Shown here in pieces: positions 13,516 through 26,107 of a stretch of 64,000 nt of DNA. The translations under genes and the position numbers were made by a program. The notes beneath the pieces were generated by a model. It worked only from the letters and a program-made list of their open reading frames with translations, did no database searches and was not told the origin of the DNA. This DNA is from Neodothiora populina (taxonomy: Eukaryota), in NCBI RefSeq assembly GCF_041146345.1, contig NW_027191409.1, forward strand, positions 372,001 through 436,000, given 5' to 3'. How positions within the stretch are numbered: position 1 is the stretch's first letter; each line of letters opens with the position of its first letter.

Positions 13516-15315
13516 CGTTATGGATATAGGCGCACTTCACTCGTGGGGTTGCTGCTGCTGCTACTTTATTGGAGCAATCGCATTATGCGGCGTCGATCAT
13601 GTATGACCTTATAACCAGTTCGGAACATTCATACGTTCGATAGCGAGTGGAGAGGAAGGCACAGATGTATACTCGGTGCGTGGAGTAGAACGAGACCTGC
13701 GATCACTTCGCACCACAAAGACAAGCGAAGATGGGGAAAATAGTTTTCTGACGAGAAACTGGGGCCCCGTGAAATTGCGTGTGGAGGCCCGCTCTAGTCA
13801 GAGGCAGCAGATGGTCCATCTGTGGCCTGACGGCCCTAAACAGATGGCATTGACGAGTGGCTGAGTTACCTTCCGAGCCGGGAAATACGGGAGGACAGGA
13901 CGGCATGTGGATGACGACGGCGGTCGCGAACTACAATATCGCCAAGTCATCCTTCGCTTCAGCTGTGTTCCCGCTCTTGTCAGGAACTGGGGAACCTCAA
14001 TCGGCCTCAGCTTACAGAGACAAGAAGGGGCTGAAGGTAGCGGTGAGAGGGCCGGCCGGCAGCTTATATAGACACATTATCGTTGACGCGCAACTTACAA
14101 GGTGCCATATCTCATTGAACCCTGAATTATAGAGGGATTGTCAGATCTGTCGGAGCAATGGCATGATGTGATTAAAGTCATCTAGCGCGCAGAGATACGG
14201 GCTTACAACCACAGCACAGGTAGCTCAGCTCGCTCAGGTACTCGTCGACCCGCTGCTGACCTCGGCGATGTCAATGCGTCTGGCTTGATCTTATCTCCTG
14301 ACTTTCTACCAGTCAATCTACTTCACGACATCCGTCCCTTGAGCACCACGGTGCACCTTCAGCTCACCAGAATCGCGTTATCCCCGCTTTTTGGAGATAT
14401 TCAGCGGGAGATCTGCCAAGCGGTTCACCAAAATGTCGCTTCTCTTGATCGTGGACTTACGTCTGCTCCAATCAACTTTGTGCATTATACATTAGTACGA
14501 TGCAAGGACGCTTTGCGTGCTACTCGGTGGATAGCACGCATTTGAGCACATACACTTGGTTCAGTCACTGCTAAGTCATTACTTCGTTCGAGTCTGATTT
14601 GGTGAAGAATGAGAAATTGCGGAGCGTCTTAGAGAAGAGTCCGTGTAGCTACAAGTACCATGAGATGAAGCACTAACAGCCCCAGTCAAAGGCCTGGCTA
14701 GATTCAGCCGCAACATCTACCGACCGAGAACGATGGCCAAGACTAGAGGCTGAGGAATGGTAGCCTGAGAAGTCATGCCTGTCCTTTAACACCGCACTTC
14801 GAAAAAGCAATTTATTCTGCGAAGATGTTACGCTGATCATGACAGACAGAGTATAGCGACATGACTCCACGTGCAGAGCTGTGTCACAGGGGCAATATTT
14901 CGTGCTTGCAGCTAATACTCCTAAGGTATGAAAGTCAGGAACAGTCGCGGGTATCGCTAATGTTGTCGTGCTCTTGGCTACTTCTGGCCGAGTCTGGGCT
15001 ACTCTGTCTCGCAATTCAGTAGACCTTCGACGTGATCGCAACCTCGAATGTCTCCTGCAGACGTTGTGCGTGTGCTCGCACTGTACATTGATATCTTCAC
15101 ATTGTGCACATTGCCTGCGTTAGTTCGGCTCGAACTAACGGTGATCGAGGTAAGTGGCATGGCTACTGCTACCATGTGCTTTATCCTTTTTCTTAAAGTT
15201 AGCCTTTCTTGGATAAGACAGCCATACTCTGATTTATATTTACATGCCAACATCCCCCTCATGCCATTTTTTGTTGTGATGTAGCTCTTCTGTCCAAGTG
15301 TGTATTCACGTCACC

Positions 15316-16444
15316 ATGTATCAGTCAGCACACAGCATTATCAGCTCGCTGTTGGTACTCCTCCTTACCCTCACTACTGCCCTTCCATTGACGGATGACT
15401 CGCGTCATGCAAAACGATCAGTAGCTGGGCCTGTCATCACCGCAAACTTCCCTGATCCAGGTCTCATGAAAGTTGGAGATACTTGGTATGCATTCGCAAC
15501 GAGAACTAAAGGCACGACTATCCACATACAAGTTGCAAGCTCGCCAGACTTCGAAACATGGACCGTGATCAACGAGGATGCTCTTCCGACTTTGCCTGCT
15601 TGGATCTATCAGCCGTCTTGGAACACTTGGGCGCCTGACGTCAAACAGCTAGTGCGTTTGATGGTATCCTTACTTGCTTTCCACATCTGACATAGTGTAG
15701 GATGATGGAAGCTTCATTATGTACTACTCTGCAAGCACAGCTGAGGACACGAGCAAGCACTGTGTGGGTGTCGCCAGCGCTAGCACTGTCGAGGGGCCAT
15801 ACACTGGGCAAGATAAAGCCCTGATCTGCCCGATATCCCAGGGAGGTGCGATTGATGCCTCCGGGTTTCGTGATGCCAGCGGGGCGCGGTATATCGTCTA
15901 TAAGATTGATGGGAATGCAATTGGTAGTGTACGTACCTAAATTTCGTTCTCCTTGCAGCAGGAACGGACTTGTCGTAATCGTACACGTGTCTGATTGATT
16001 TCTTAGGGTGGTGCGTGCGGAAACACGATAGCACCAATCCAAGCAACACCGCTCGTTCTACAGCCTGTAGCAAGCGATGGCTACACCCTGCAGGGCACTG
16101 CAACAACTCTTCTCGACAATATCGGGGTTTCAGACGACGGCGTCATTGAAGCCCCCACCCTCATTCGCTCGCAAGAAGGAATCTACTTCCTGTTTTTCAG
16201 TTCAGGTTGTTTCGTGACAAGCTCCTACACCATCAGTTATGCGACCTCGAGCAGCCTCAGGGGACCTTACACGCGAGCAGCAGCGCCATTGATGCAGACA
16301 GGAGACGGGCACGGACTGATTGCTCCTGGAGGCATGGACATCTGGAGCGATAATCAGCATATGATATTCCATGCCAACAATGCAGCTGGTCGCAGCATGT
16401 ACACGGCACTGATAAATCTTTCTGGTACTACAGTGACGGTATGA
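15316..16444 (+). CDS. Secreted glycoside hydrolase family 43 (arabinanase/xylosidase-like), 3 exons (introns ~15652-15700, ~15929-16006)
   Basis: Signal peptide; NFPDPG, WAPDV, GGAIDASGF, IEAPTL, APGG motifs of the GH43 five-bladed propeller. Confidence 0.9.
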
Positions 16445-17056
16445 CGGGACGGGACTCGGTGGGGATCGGGTTTGCAGCAGCAACAGCAGCAGCAGGAGAG
16501 CTCCGGCGGGTCGCGTTTATTTTCTTGGAAGGGTAAGACATGGGGTCCATTTATGCATATTGTTTTGGGCCTTGTTCTTTGTCTCTTCGTCACTCTTTAA
16601 TGGAAGGAGCCTCGGGTAAAACCTGTAGTGAGTGTTGTTGCAGGAGGACGGCGAAGACTGGATCAGCATTTTATGAGATCACGAGATTTATCTGAACAAG
16701 TCCATATTTCTGCACTAACTGGACCAATGGGGTTGGGAATTTTCTTGGAAAGCCTAGGCACCTCTCTATGTCTTAGTGATCATCAGGTACGGCAGCTGGA
16801 AACTTAGGATGGCAACGAGTTCCAGCTACTCGAAGCTAAGCTTCCACTCGAGGCAGGTGCTAGCAAGATCGCCACATACCATTTCTGAAAGCGTCGCAAC
16901 AAGCTAGCTAGCTACCTTAAGTACACAACTCAGTAAGGACATGACAAAAACAACTCGATGAAAGACCCCAGATAAGAAATATGGTGTATATATGCATTTA
17001 TATCAGACTTACGAAGGACAAACCAGACCGAGGATCCAGTACAATTTCGGCGCTGC

Positions 17057-18449
17057 CTAATTGACAGTGGGCTTCTTCAGCAAGCCAAATGCTAATCCAG
17101 CAACACCTAGCATGCCTGCCGCACCAACAGTGTAAGCGGTATCTCTTCCAGCCCACCAGTACAATGTGCAGAAACCGAGCGGACCAAGCGTCCTACCAAT
17201 CTGGCCCCATGACCTATGCGAGCCCAGCTTGCTGCCCCGTTCATTCGAGTCAGCCTCGAAGGAACTCAAGGAGTTCAGACCAGTGACGACGGTTGCCGAC
17301 GTCACCGCTAGCAAAGCCGCCGCACCATAGAGTTGCTTCTCGGTTTGCAGTCTACCTAGCATGACGAAGGCGGCTAGACAGGCCACGACTCCTGTTTGCA
17401 CGACACGAAGAGGATGCAAACGTCGAGTTACAGAGCCTTGGAGGATTGAGGCGATGATGCCGATGAAGCCCAGAAGGCGACCCGACTGAGCTGAGCCGTA
17501 AGAGAAGAGGTCGTATGTCATGAAGGGAAGTGAGAACTCCATGCCAGAGAAGAAAAGGATGAAGGCAAAGTGGGTCATGTTGAGCAGTGTGTGGCTATTC
17601 GTCCTCTGTACTTTCGCAGTCTTTTTGTCCTCGCTCTTATCCTTGACGACTCCATTGGAGGCAGGGGCAGCCGAGAAGTTGTGGGTCTCGGGGAGATATG
17701 CGTAAAGGTAGAGCGTTTCCGTGACAATGAGAAAGAGCGAGAACCCAGCGGCTGTTGCGAAAGGATTGGCAGCAACAAGAGTGATGGTACTCAACCACGC
17801 CCCAAGAGCTGGGCCGAAGGTGAAGGCAATGCTGAAACATGCGCCGATCAAGGCCATGGTCGCACCACGCTGCTTCTCATCACTGATATCGGTCGCAATA
17901 GCCAATGCCAATTGCACATTGCCTTCACTGAGGCCGCCCACGATTCGCGAAGCCAGGAAAGTACGGAAGTCAGTCGCTGCAACCCAGAGAGCGACTGAGA
18001 GGATGTTGCCAACCATGGAGCACAGGAGAGCCTTCCTGCGTCCATAGCGATCAGACAAAGTGCCAATGATAGGACTGGCTATAGCCTGACAGAAGGAGAA
18101 GAGGGAGCCAAGGGCACCACCCAGAAGGACGATGTCATAACGATCGTTAATGGGCTTTGCAAATGAGTTCTTGTATGTGTTCAAGGCTGACAGAACATGG
18201 CTGAGAATGGTTGGAGATGACGGCGTGTTGGCAGTCCGAGATGCGTCTTGCGCGCGGTAAAACTCGAGTAGCTTGGGAAACAGAGGGAGGATGAATGTAA
18301 AGGAGATCTTACAAGCGCATCAGCAAAGGTGTGCCTCAAGTGCATATGTAGGGGGTTTATTGACATACCAAGTCTAGCAGCAGAGAGATAAAGAGTACTT
18401 TCAACACCTTCTTACGCTTCTCAGGCGTCACCGGTCCTGCTTGTGCCAT
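17057..18449 (-). CDS. MFS transporter (MFSD10/tetracycline-efflux-like), 2 exons (intron 18308-18368)
   Basis: MFS motif A GTLSDRYGRRK; SRIVGGLSEGNVQL; N-terminal exon MAQAGPVTPEKRKKVLKVLFISLLLDL. Confidence 0.9.
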
Positions 18450-20624
18450 GTTGGGATTGGGTCTGTGTATGGAAATGTATTGATTCACAGGCTATGTGGG
18501 GTAAAAAGGATGTTGTGTTGTGGGACGACAACACACAAGTCAAGCACCAAAGCGAAGAACAAGGAGAGGGGTACCGGGTCTCAGGTATTAATACAATCCC
18601 TGCAACCGAGGTGGTAGCGTGTACAAGGACTTGTACAATGGTCGAACTGACACTTGTCTTTTGCGTCCAATAACTCAAATAGCGAACATGGTCAGATGTA
18701 AAGCTTCGCAGAAGTCGACTCAGGCTGGCCACATCACATCTTCTAGACGATCATCATCACTGTATGACAAGGTTGAAAGGTGTCTCCTGTGCTCAGCTGT
18801 TTGCCTTTACTAAATGCGGAGGTGGCTCTCGGTGGCCCTCGTTGGCGTCAATTCTCATGCAGGAACATAAGGCCATCCTCGGCTAGTGGTGATCATTGTA
18901 AGCCTTTGGAAATCAGCAGATGGGGCCAAACGTGAATAACCTCCATGGAGCTTTGCCACAAACGTCTCATCTTACTGGTACCGTAGTTGCGAAACCAAGT
19001 CCAGCTATTGTTATTATGCATCATTTGAAACAAGGCTTCGCTGATTGGGTATCTTCAGATGTGAAAAATGCAGAACTCTCTAAGGCAGGTGGTCACTCCT
19101 GCTACTTTTACACTATCCCTTGGAGGCAAGCAGACAGGTTATAATTTCAGGTCTTCACTATGCATGTCGAGTCTATAAGCCTTGACAAGTGCCCCGGAAG
19201 ATGTTTTTACCGAGTGCTTCTCAAGCGCATCATTCCAACCAATATCTCCAATACTCAAGATGCGTTGCTACCTTCCATGCGTACGGTACTGGCTTTCACC
19301 TGCGATCAAGTCCATCGATCTTACTATCAAGCTGTCTCGCCCTCAGCGCCTTTGTAGCCTGCTGTTTGGCCAGTTCAATTTGGCATTGGCAGGCCTTCAC
19401 TCAGCCATTACCAAGAGGGGTCTGAGTTCTCAAATAATCTGTGACTAAAGTGTGTTGCCAAAGTTTGTCTGCTGGGGTGACGTTATGACGCAATATGCTT
19501 TGAAGATGATGAGTCTATCGCTAAGGTAGGGTTTAAAGTAGAAACGTCGTTCACTGCTTTTCGAGTACAGTATCTAGTTGTAGCAGGTCGATAGGTGAGC
19601 ATGTTGCACTGTAGGGGCCCGGAACATCTTCTGGTTACAGATTATCACCACCTTCGACAAGTGCACCTAATGTACCTGACCTCACACTCAGCGGACGTTA
19701 CAAGAAATGATCTAGCATTAATGTATCGGCTGAAGCTGCTGACGTAGACGTAGTTTGGCGCCATGGCGTCTGTGCATAGTTCACATTCATCAATCTGGTT
19801 TCCCCGCAAGCCATATGCAATTGATGTGACTTGGGGAGAGGCCTACCTAGCCTTGCTTAGGAGGACCACCTGCTCCAGTAATATATTCATTCCAGGCGAC
19901 TTCAATACTGCGTCGACCTTGACTTCCACTCAGCCTTGCTTACCACGTTCATCTCTATCCTCCGCTCAGGTCGAAGTACCAATCTACATGTGCTAACGTG
20001 TTACAAGACGTCTGGACCTATCCTTGCCTTGCAATTGTCTGTCTCAACTATATGAATATCATGCCGCTGCCTGCGGAGCCAACAAGGCATGCAGCTCCAA
20101 GTGGTGTATCATCTCACGCGTCGCGAGGTCGCTAAGCAGTCTTTGCGTGGAAAGGACTTTCTCATTGGCAGTAGCTTTCACGCTGGAAGTCCATTTGCTT
20201 GCGCAAAAGCATTACTTCTCACTCTCTTACATGGTCTGAACAACTAGGCCTGGACAGGCATCTTCCTCCTTTCTGCCCGCTTCTCCAGGTGACGTACAGT
20301 CCATTTCAAAATGTGCCCATTCGCAGGAAATCTGGTCGGCCTACACGTGTCAGGAGCAGGAGAATCTCACGACTCCTTGCCACTGCACTGGACCAATTGT
20401 GTCGAAAAATGTCAACAATAAGATCCGATTGGGCGACTTCAATGGCGGAATACTCCATCGCAGCGAACCACATTACAAGACATGTCATATATATCTTGCG
20501 CCGTCATGCATCTACCCATGATGATCAACACACAAACTTTCTATAATATCTGTTGATGTGTCTCTATAGACAGGAGCCAGAAGAACTTCCGTTTATAAGC
20601 ATCGTGGGCTTATACGTCCACATA

Positions 20625-20888
20625 ATGTGCGAGTCTAAGATTGTTTATTACAGTCGTTGCCAACATTATCGGCGCGTTCCACATCATTGTCTTGCTGCTA
20701 CTGCTTCCTTGCCTTCTTACAATCGACAAACGCTGCTGTGGGAGTACACACCTTGCGCTGATTGGGACGAACATCGTTGGGACCAATGGGAGGGACCCGA
20801 AGTCAATCAGCAAAACCGCTGTAGGGAATGTATCCGACGGGTCCGAAACAATTACGGCACCCGAGATCCTTTTTCTGCAAGGTACTAA
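20625..20888 (+). CDS. Small Cys/His-rich protein, MC..CxH..CxxC family member 1 (87 aa)
   Basis: MCESKIVYYSRCQHYRRVPHHC..PC..CREC; ATG context ccacataATG; motif shared with three neighbours. Confidence 0.7.
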   Translation: MCESKIVYYSRCQHYRRVPHHCLAATASLPSYNRQTLLWEYTPCADWDEHRWDQWEGPEVNQQNRCRECIRRVRNNYGTRDPFSARY

Positions 20889-23391
20889 GCATAAGGTATA
20901 CCAAGAATTTCACCTGGACTCCTACCTGAAGGGATGCACCTTTCTGACGCCCCCTACAAGGTCAAGATCAATCTGGCTACTGGCAAACAACGCGTCTCAT
21001 GCCAGTGACACCACCCTTGGTCAGAAGCCAACATCTGCCAAAGCTAGAAGCGACCGTAGCTCTTCACTTAGGCTTAATTTTGACAACTAAGACTTTCATC
21101 GAGTGCAGCCGACCCAGACATACTTGTCTACGATCGGCATTTGACTTCATTTTCAACTCTCAGAAGCATGAGTCAAGTGAGCTGAACCAATAGAGCATAA
21201 ACATTGGTCCCATAAAGCATGGCAGCAAGCAAGTTTTCGAAGGGTAGCACTGCTTGATGGATAGGATGAGCAGTGCACCAAAGCCCATAAAGTTGTGACA
21301 CGCAAGCCGATGATAATTCACGTGCAGCCTTTCCATCATACGCCCTATGGGTGACGACATCACAACTGTCACTTATGTCCAGTAAGATCCGGTCAGTCAG
21401 ATCTTATTGCTTGATTGGCTACTCCTGTGTGTATCTGGGGCTTGCAAACGGAGTTGCGACTGACTGCGGGTCTCGATAGCTCCACAGCGGTCGTCGATCT
21501 CTCTCGAGGATGAAAAAGTGGACACAAAACTCTGAGCCTGACGTAGTCTGGTAACACAGTCTTTGTGAAAACTTGGCTTCAGACCCTGTGCTAGCAAACA
21601 TCAAACAATCTACCGGCTCTCGTGGTAGCCTTATCACGCTTGGTTTCATAAAGCAATTGGTGTGGCGAGGTCACTGATGTGGTATGGACAGAACCACATT
21701 GAAGGTTATTGGAACTTGACAGAATACAAGGCCGACCGCGAAACTCTGGTTCCCGCACTGTGGCAGGATTACGTCGTCTCTGATCCGAAGTGACCTTACT
21801 CCAGAGATACAGCGCGGTCGGAGAGTGCAAGGCGTGCTAATGGTAGAACGTACAACACGTCGCGTGTGGCCAGGAATCAAGGAACCTCTTGCCCCAACGA
21901 TGGCATCGCTCTGAGGAATCTCTAGTCTGGCATCATGATTCCGTTCACGGCCTATGGCCAACTCGCATGCTCAGACCGGAAGTCCAAGCAGCTCGAAGGC
22001 CGCCAGATCACTCACACTCAATTGTACTTGACACCAGTCTTGTATGCTGGGTAGAGCGTACAGAACTTTTGCTCTATGATCCCCTCTTGCAGTGACACCC
22101 TTTGAAGAAGACGATCCTTGGACCTCATAAGAACGTTGTTCTTCCCCAAAGCTTAGCCAAATGTGCTGCGAAAGAATCATAGCAGTCATTGCTCCTGACT
22201 ATGAGCCCTAATAATACACCAAGGATACTTGTGGATTGCTTAGTCTGATGCTACTGTCGTATGGACTGCTGCACAAGAATCAAGGCAGCTGGCAAATTGG
22301 GTTACATCCCACATCCCAATCTATGCTGGCTCACCAGTCCGCAAACTACGATGGTAGTCATAAGACCTAGCTTCAAAGGCAGTCGCTAAGCCAAGGTACA
22401 GGCGATCGAGCTATATGCACCCTACTTGAATGTCACATGTTTTCCAGCTCTGAGAAACGTATGAGTCCACGATGAGGGGATTTGTCTGTAGGGAGGACAA
22501 TCCTGTTGAGAGAAGTTGCTGCACAGCAAGATTATGGAAATGAGGCACGTTACCCCTCCCTCCTATGCCAATACAAGGCTATCGTAAGAATGAACTGCAT
22601 CCTACTGGACATGGCTCCGTTCGCTAGGCATCGGGGCTGTGCACTGCTGGCATAGGGCGAGGTCGATAATCGAAATAGCAACCTCTCATACCGGTTACTT
22701 GGACTCCATGAAGTTTCAGTCATTGACACAGCATCTTCCATTCGATGACCAAGGGTGAGGTATACCTCGTGATGTTTGGAGAGAGTCGAGGTCCACCTAT
22801 GGAAATGAAATTGGAGTGTAGACAAACTTGGCATGCTTGTGCTACGGTACTATGAATATGCTTCTTCTCAGAGATGTCCTTCACAAACAACCACACTGCC
22901 TCAATGGAAGAAGAGAGACTAGATGGTCAGTCTTTCTCTCATGTTGGGCAACGTCCACGCTGAGGATTGGTTGTACATGCCTCGATGCAATCCTTCTCGA
23001 TTTGCCTGTGTATATAACCACGCCCCTGGAACACCATCACGATATTCTTCGAGCCTGCATTGCAGTTCCATCACTCTCGCTTAGCTACTTACCTATTCTC
23101 TTACTCTCTGTATCCTCTGGCAGGATCACTATCGCTGTCAGCACATCCTAGACACATTCGCCTGTCGCTTGACCAGCCAATTTCACTTAGCATCCGACAT
23201 TCTTCACATCCGTCAGGGGTGCTCCCAAACCGACAGACATTATACATTGCCCTTTAGAGTCGAGCAGAACTCGTCTACAGATAATTCTGTTGACCTTCTG
23301 TTCATCATCGTCAAGCTTCGAAGAGGCAGTCTTTTCCCACCAACCATTGTTTCATTGACTTACGATCATCAACCACAACAACGAAAGAAAA

Positions 23392-23760
23392 ATGTGCGGC
23401 GCAAAACTCGTCCATTACCACGCCTGCTTACACACGCGTCTGATCCCCGTCAAATGCAACAGCGAGAACCCGCTGGTACGCAAGCAATACCGCTTCGCCG
23501 ACGGCGAAGAACTCGAACTCTCAGGAATCGACCCTTGCGAAGGCTGGTCCTTTTTCAGAGTTGATCTCGATGCTAGTGATGGTGGAAGTTCTGCTAGTGG
23601 TAACAATGAGAGGTATGGGGTGAGTATTGGGAATGAAGTATCGGGAGGTGATGGTGGCAGGGGTGATGCTGGGAATCTGCCTGGCCAGCCGGAGGAGTTG
23701 ATTGGGTTGTGCAGGCAGTGTAAGGTCAGGAGACATAATCTGCCTTGGAGGATCGGGTAG
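23392..23760 (+). CDS. Small Cys/His-rich protein, MC..CxH..CxxC family member 2 (122 aa)
   Basis: MCGAKLVHYHACLHTRLIPVKC..PC..(Gly-rich insert)..CRQC; ATG context aagaaaaATG; TATATAA near 23011. Confidence 0.7.
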   Translation: MCGAKLVHYHACLHTRLIPVKCNSENPLVRKQYRFADGEELELSGIDPCEGWSFFRVDLDASDGGSSASGNNERYGVSIGNEVSGGDGGRGDAGNLPGQPEELIGLCRQCKVRRHNLPWRIG

Positions 23761-24589
23761 TCGGGGTGTTGGTTACATTCTTTTTGTTCACATTGATCGT
23801 GATTCTCCTGCCGATGTGGGTCATGGGGTCTTTTTCATGCCTCGCTGGCTCGAGGCATACATACTGTTGACGAATCTACGATCGAGGCGCTTATGTATCT
23901 CAGGGGCGTTGATGATTCTGAGATTTCAATATTGTTTCTACCCGTATTTTCACTTCTCATATTCGAGCATTCTCGTGGGGATGTTATGCACTGATGATAC
24001 TCTTCTCAAGTACACTAAACAATCCAAACATGTTGTTCGAAATTCGTCCCTACTTCCTCCAAAAGGCTTCCTATGTGATATCACTTCATCTCGATGCCGA
24101 GACTCCATCGGCGCGAGTGTATCTGTGCATCACGTGGTAATCGCAACGACTCTACCACCTATGACACCTCCTACGCAACACAAGCCAGAGGTGAAGCCGA
24201 GGTCTTTAGACATATGCTCACGAGAACTCCACGAACCTCAGTATACCGTGGAGTCACGTAGTAGTTGACACGTCTGTGTGCACCGTCGCCGAGATGCATC
24301 CAAGGCAAGTTTGCAAAACGTACCTGCAATGATTTTGACGTGGCGACAGATGCGTTGTCTGTTGGAACATGTGGGACCGAATCCGATACTGACTTGCTTG
24401 TGCATGTTGTGTAGTATATAAAGACAGGAAGGAGAGTCGCAAGTGTGATGGATCAATGTCCTGCAACTTCGAGACATAGTATACTCCTCGATCGTGCTAG
24501 CAGTCAGACATATCACAGAAGAGACTCCCAGTCCACGAACGTCCATCAGTCATCATCAGAGGAGCCAGATATCACCTCCACCAACAACA

Positions 24590-24889
24590 ATGTGCAAGGT
24601 CAAATACGCACGATTCGCCTGCGGCCACGCAGAGTACGTGCTCGTCACGGCAGGCTGCGATAAAGCCGCCCTCACGCCCAGCTGGACCTACGATCCGGTC
24701 TGGAAGCAATGGATTCGAGCCTGCATTGTTCACTTTCCCTACGTCGAGTTCGTGCCTGCTGATCACCCGGATGATCCGCTCACTGTTAATGTCACTGTGC
24801 CGCATACGGGATGTACGAGGTGTGAGCCGCCGCTCCTACATAGGGCTTCTGGACTGCCGTTTTATTGGAAGCCTTCCAAGAGCGCTTGA
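24590..24889 (+). CDS. Small Cys/His-rich protein, MC..CxH..CxxC family member 3 (99 aa)
   Basis: MCKVKYARFACGHAEYVLVTAGC..AC..CTRC; ATG context caacaacaATG; TATATAAA near 24415. Confidence 0.75.
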   Translation: MCKVKYARFACGHAEYVLVTAGCDKAALTPSWTYDPVWKQWIRACIVHFPYVEFVPADHPDDPLTVNVTVPHTGCTRCEPPLLHRASGLPFYWKPSKSA

Positions 24890-25386
24890 TAAGTGAGGGC
24901 GTTAGAGAGGGCTTGGTGGTCTTAGGTGGCATACATGGTGGCCGTGGGGGTGTGGGCAGTTTCGAAGTAGTGGAAGTGAAAGGATTACAGGTCTGAGACT
25001 CATCGGATAATTCGATTCGAGTAGGTTCGAACGGAGAAATAAATCAGTTTCCTGATTTCAATCTCATGAAGGCACCTGATCCCGTTCAAGGGTGCCCGGT
25101 CGCACGCCGTCCAAATGGAAGAGCCGCGTATGTGGTTAGGTTTGTCTCTGTAGTACAAAAGACTGCGCTGTCCACGGGTAGCTGTACGACTAGTACCATC
25201 AAACATCTTCATATCGTGTCCGATGATGATGATGCTGCTGGAGATGATGCTCAATAGGATATAATGCATGTAGGGGACTGAACTGCGTCGAACATACTCC
25301 ATGCTTTTTTTCAACATTGTCCAGCTACTTTGACCATCGCAATTGGACTACACACATTCTCTACTCTAGCTCGTTGTTAAACCACC

Positions 25387-25686
25387 ATGTGTCGCAGGAG
25401 ACTAGTGGAGTATGAATGGTGCGGTCATGTCTGCTGGGTGGCTGACTTCTGCGACCACGCACCATACAAATACTATCCAGTACTTCGAACATTCGCGAGG
25501 CGCCCTTGCCCCTGGTGGAGGCAGATGCGACGTGCAGATGATGGAGTGGTAGAGCCATGGACCAACTTGTGTAGGGACTGCATTTGGAGAAGACGGATCA
25601 TGAGTATCCTTTCTGTCTTCCCGGACTATTTCCAGCGGCCGGGCAATGGGGCTGATCTGTGCCAGGCATTCGGACTGGCGATATAA
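25387..25686 (+). CDS. Small Cys/His-rich protein, MC..CxH..CxxC family member 4 (99 aa)
   Basis: MCRRRLVEYEWCGHVCWVADFC..PC..CRDC; ATG context accaccATG. Confidence 0.7.
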   Translation: MCRRRLVEYEWCGHVCWVADFCDHAPYKYYPVLRTFARRPCPWWRQMRRADDGVVEPWTNLCRDCIWRRRIMSILSVFPDYFQRPGNGADLCQAFGLAI

Positions 25687-26107
25687 CGACAGCCTGAAAG
25701 CGTTCTGGCCTACATTATATATGATCAATTTCGAGGAATTACACTATCAATCCACCTTCTTCATTGTTGTCACATCTGGCGAAGACACAGTGGCGCATGA
25801 ATCTTGTGGTTCAACAGCATCGCCTTTCATGTCGACATTTGCAAGAGCTCGTCTACAACTCTGGCCGTCATTGATACAGATATAGATACACATCAATGGT
25901 CGTGATTCAGATACGTGAGGGGACAGAGTGGTCAAGAGGATCAGAAGCAACCAGGCGCTCCCGCGAAGCAGACGATTGGAGTAAAACTGGAGAATGTGGG
26001 GAAACGGACGAACCGACGTTCCGTTTCATGTTCGGCCATGATCTATCAATTAATAGGACAATCTCTCGTACTTGGACCATAGCTGCTACGACTCGAATAG
26101 AAAAGAC

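Noticed and set aside
6455..16820. RFX X-box half-sites (GGCAAC near 6465 and 16811)
   Set aside because: Half-site matches only, expected by chance
21600..22220. GECKAC* at 21820-21840 and MCCERII at 22161 as further cluster members
   Set aside because: Neither joins to the rest of the motif in one frame, stops intervene and the ATG context is weak; could be relics but not supportable
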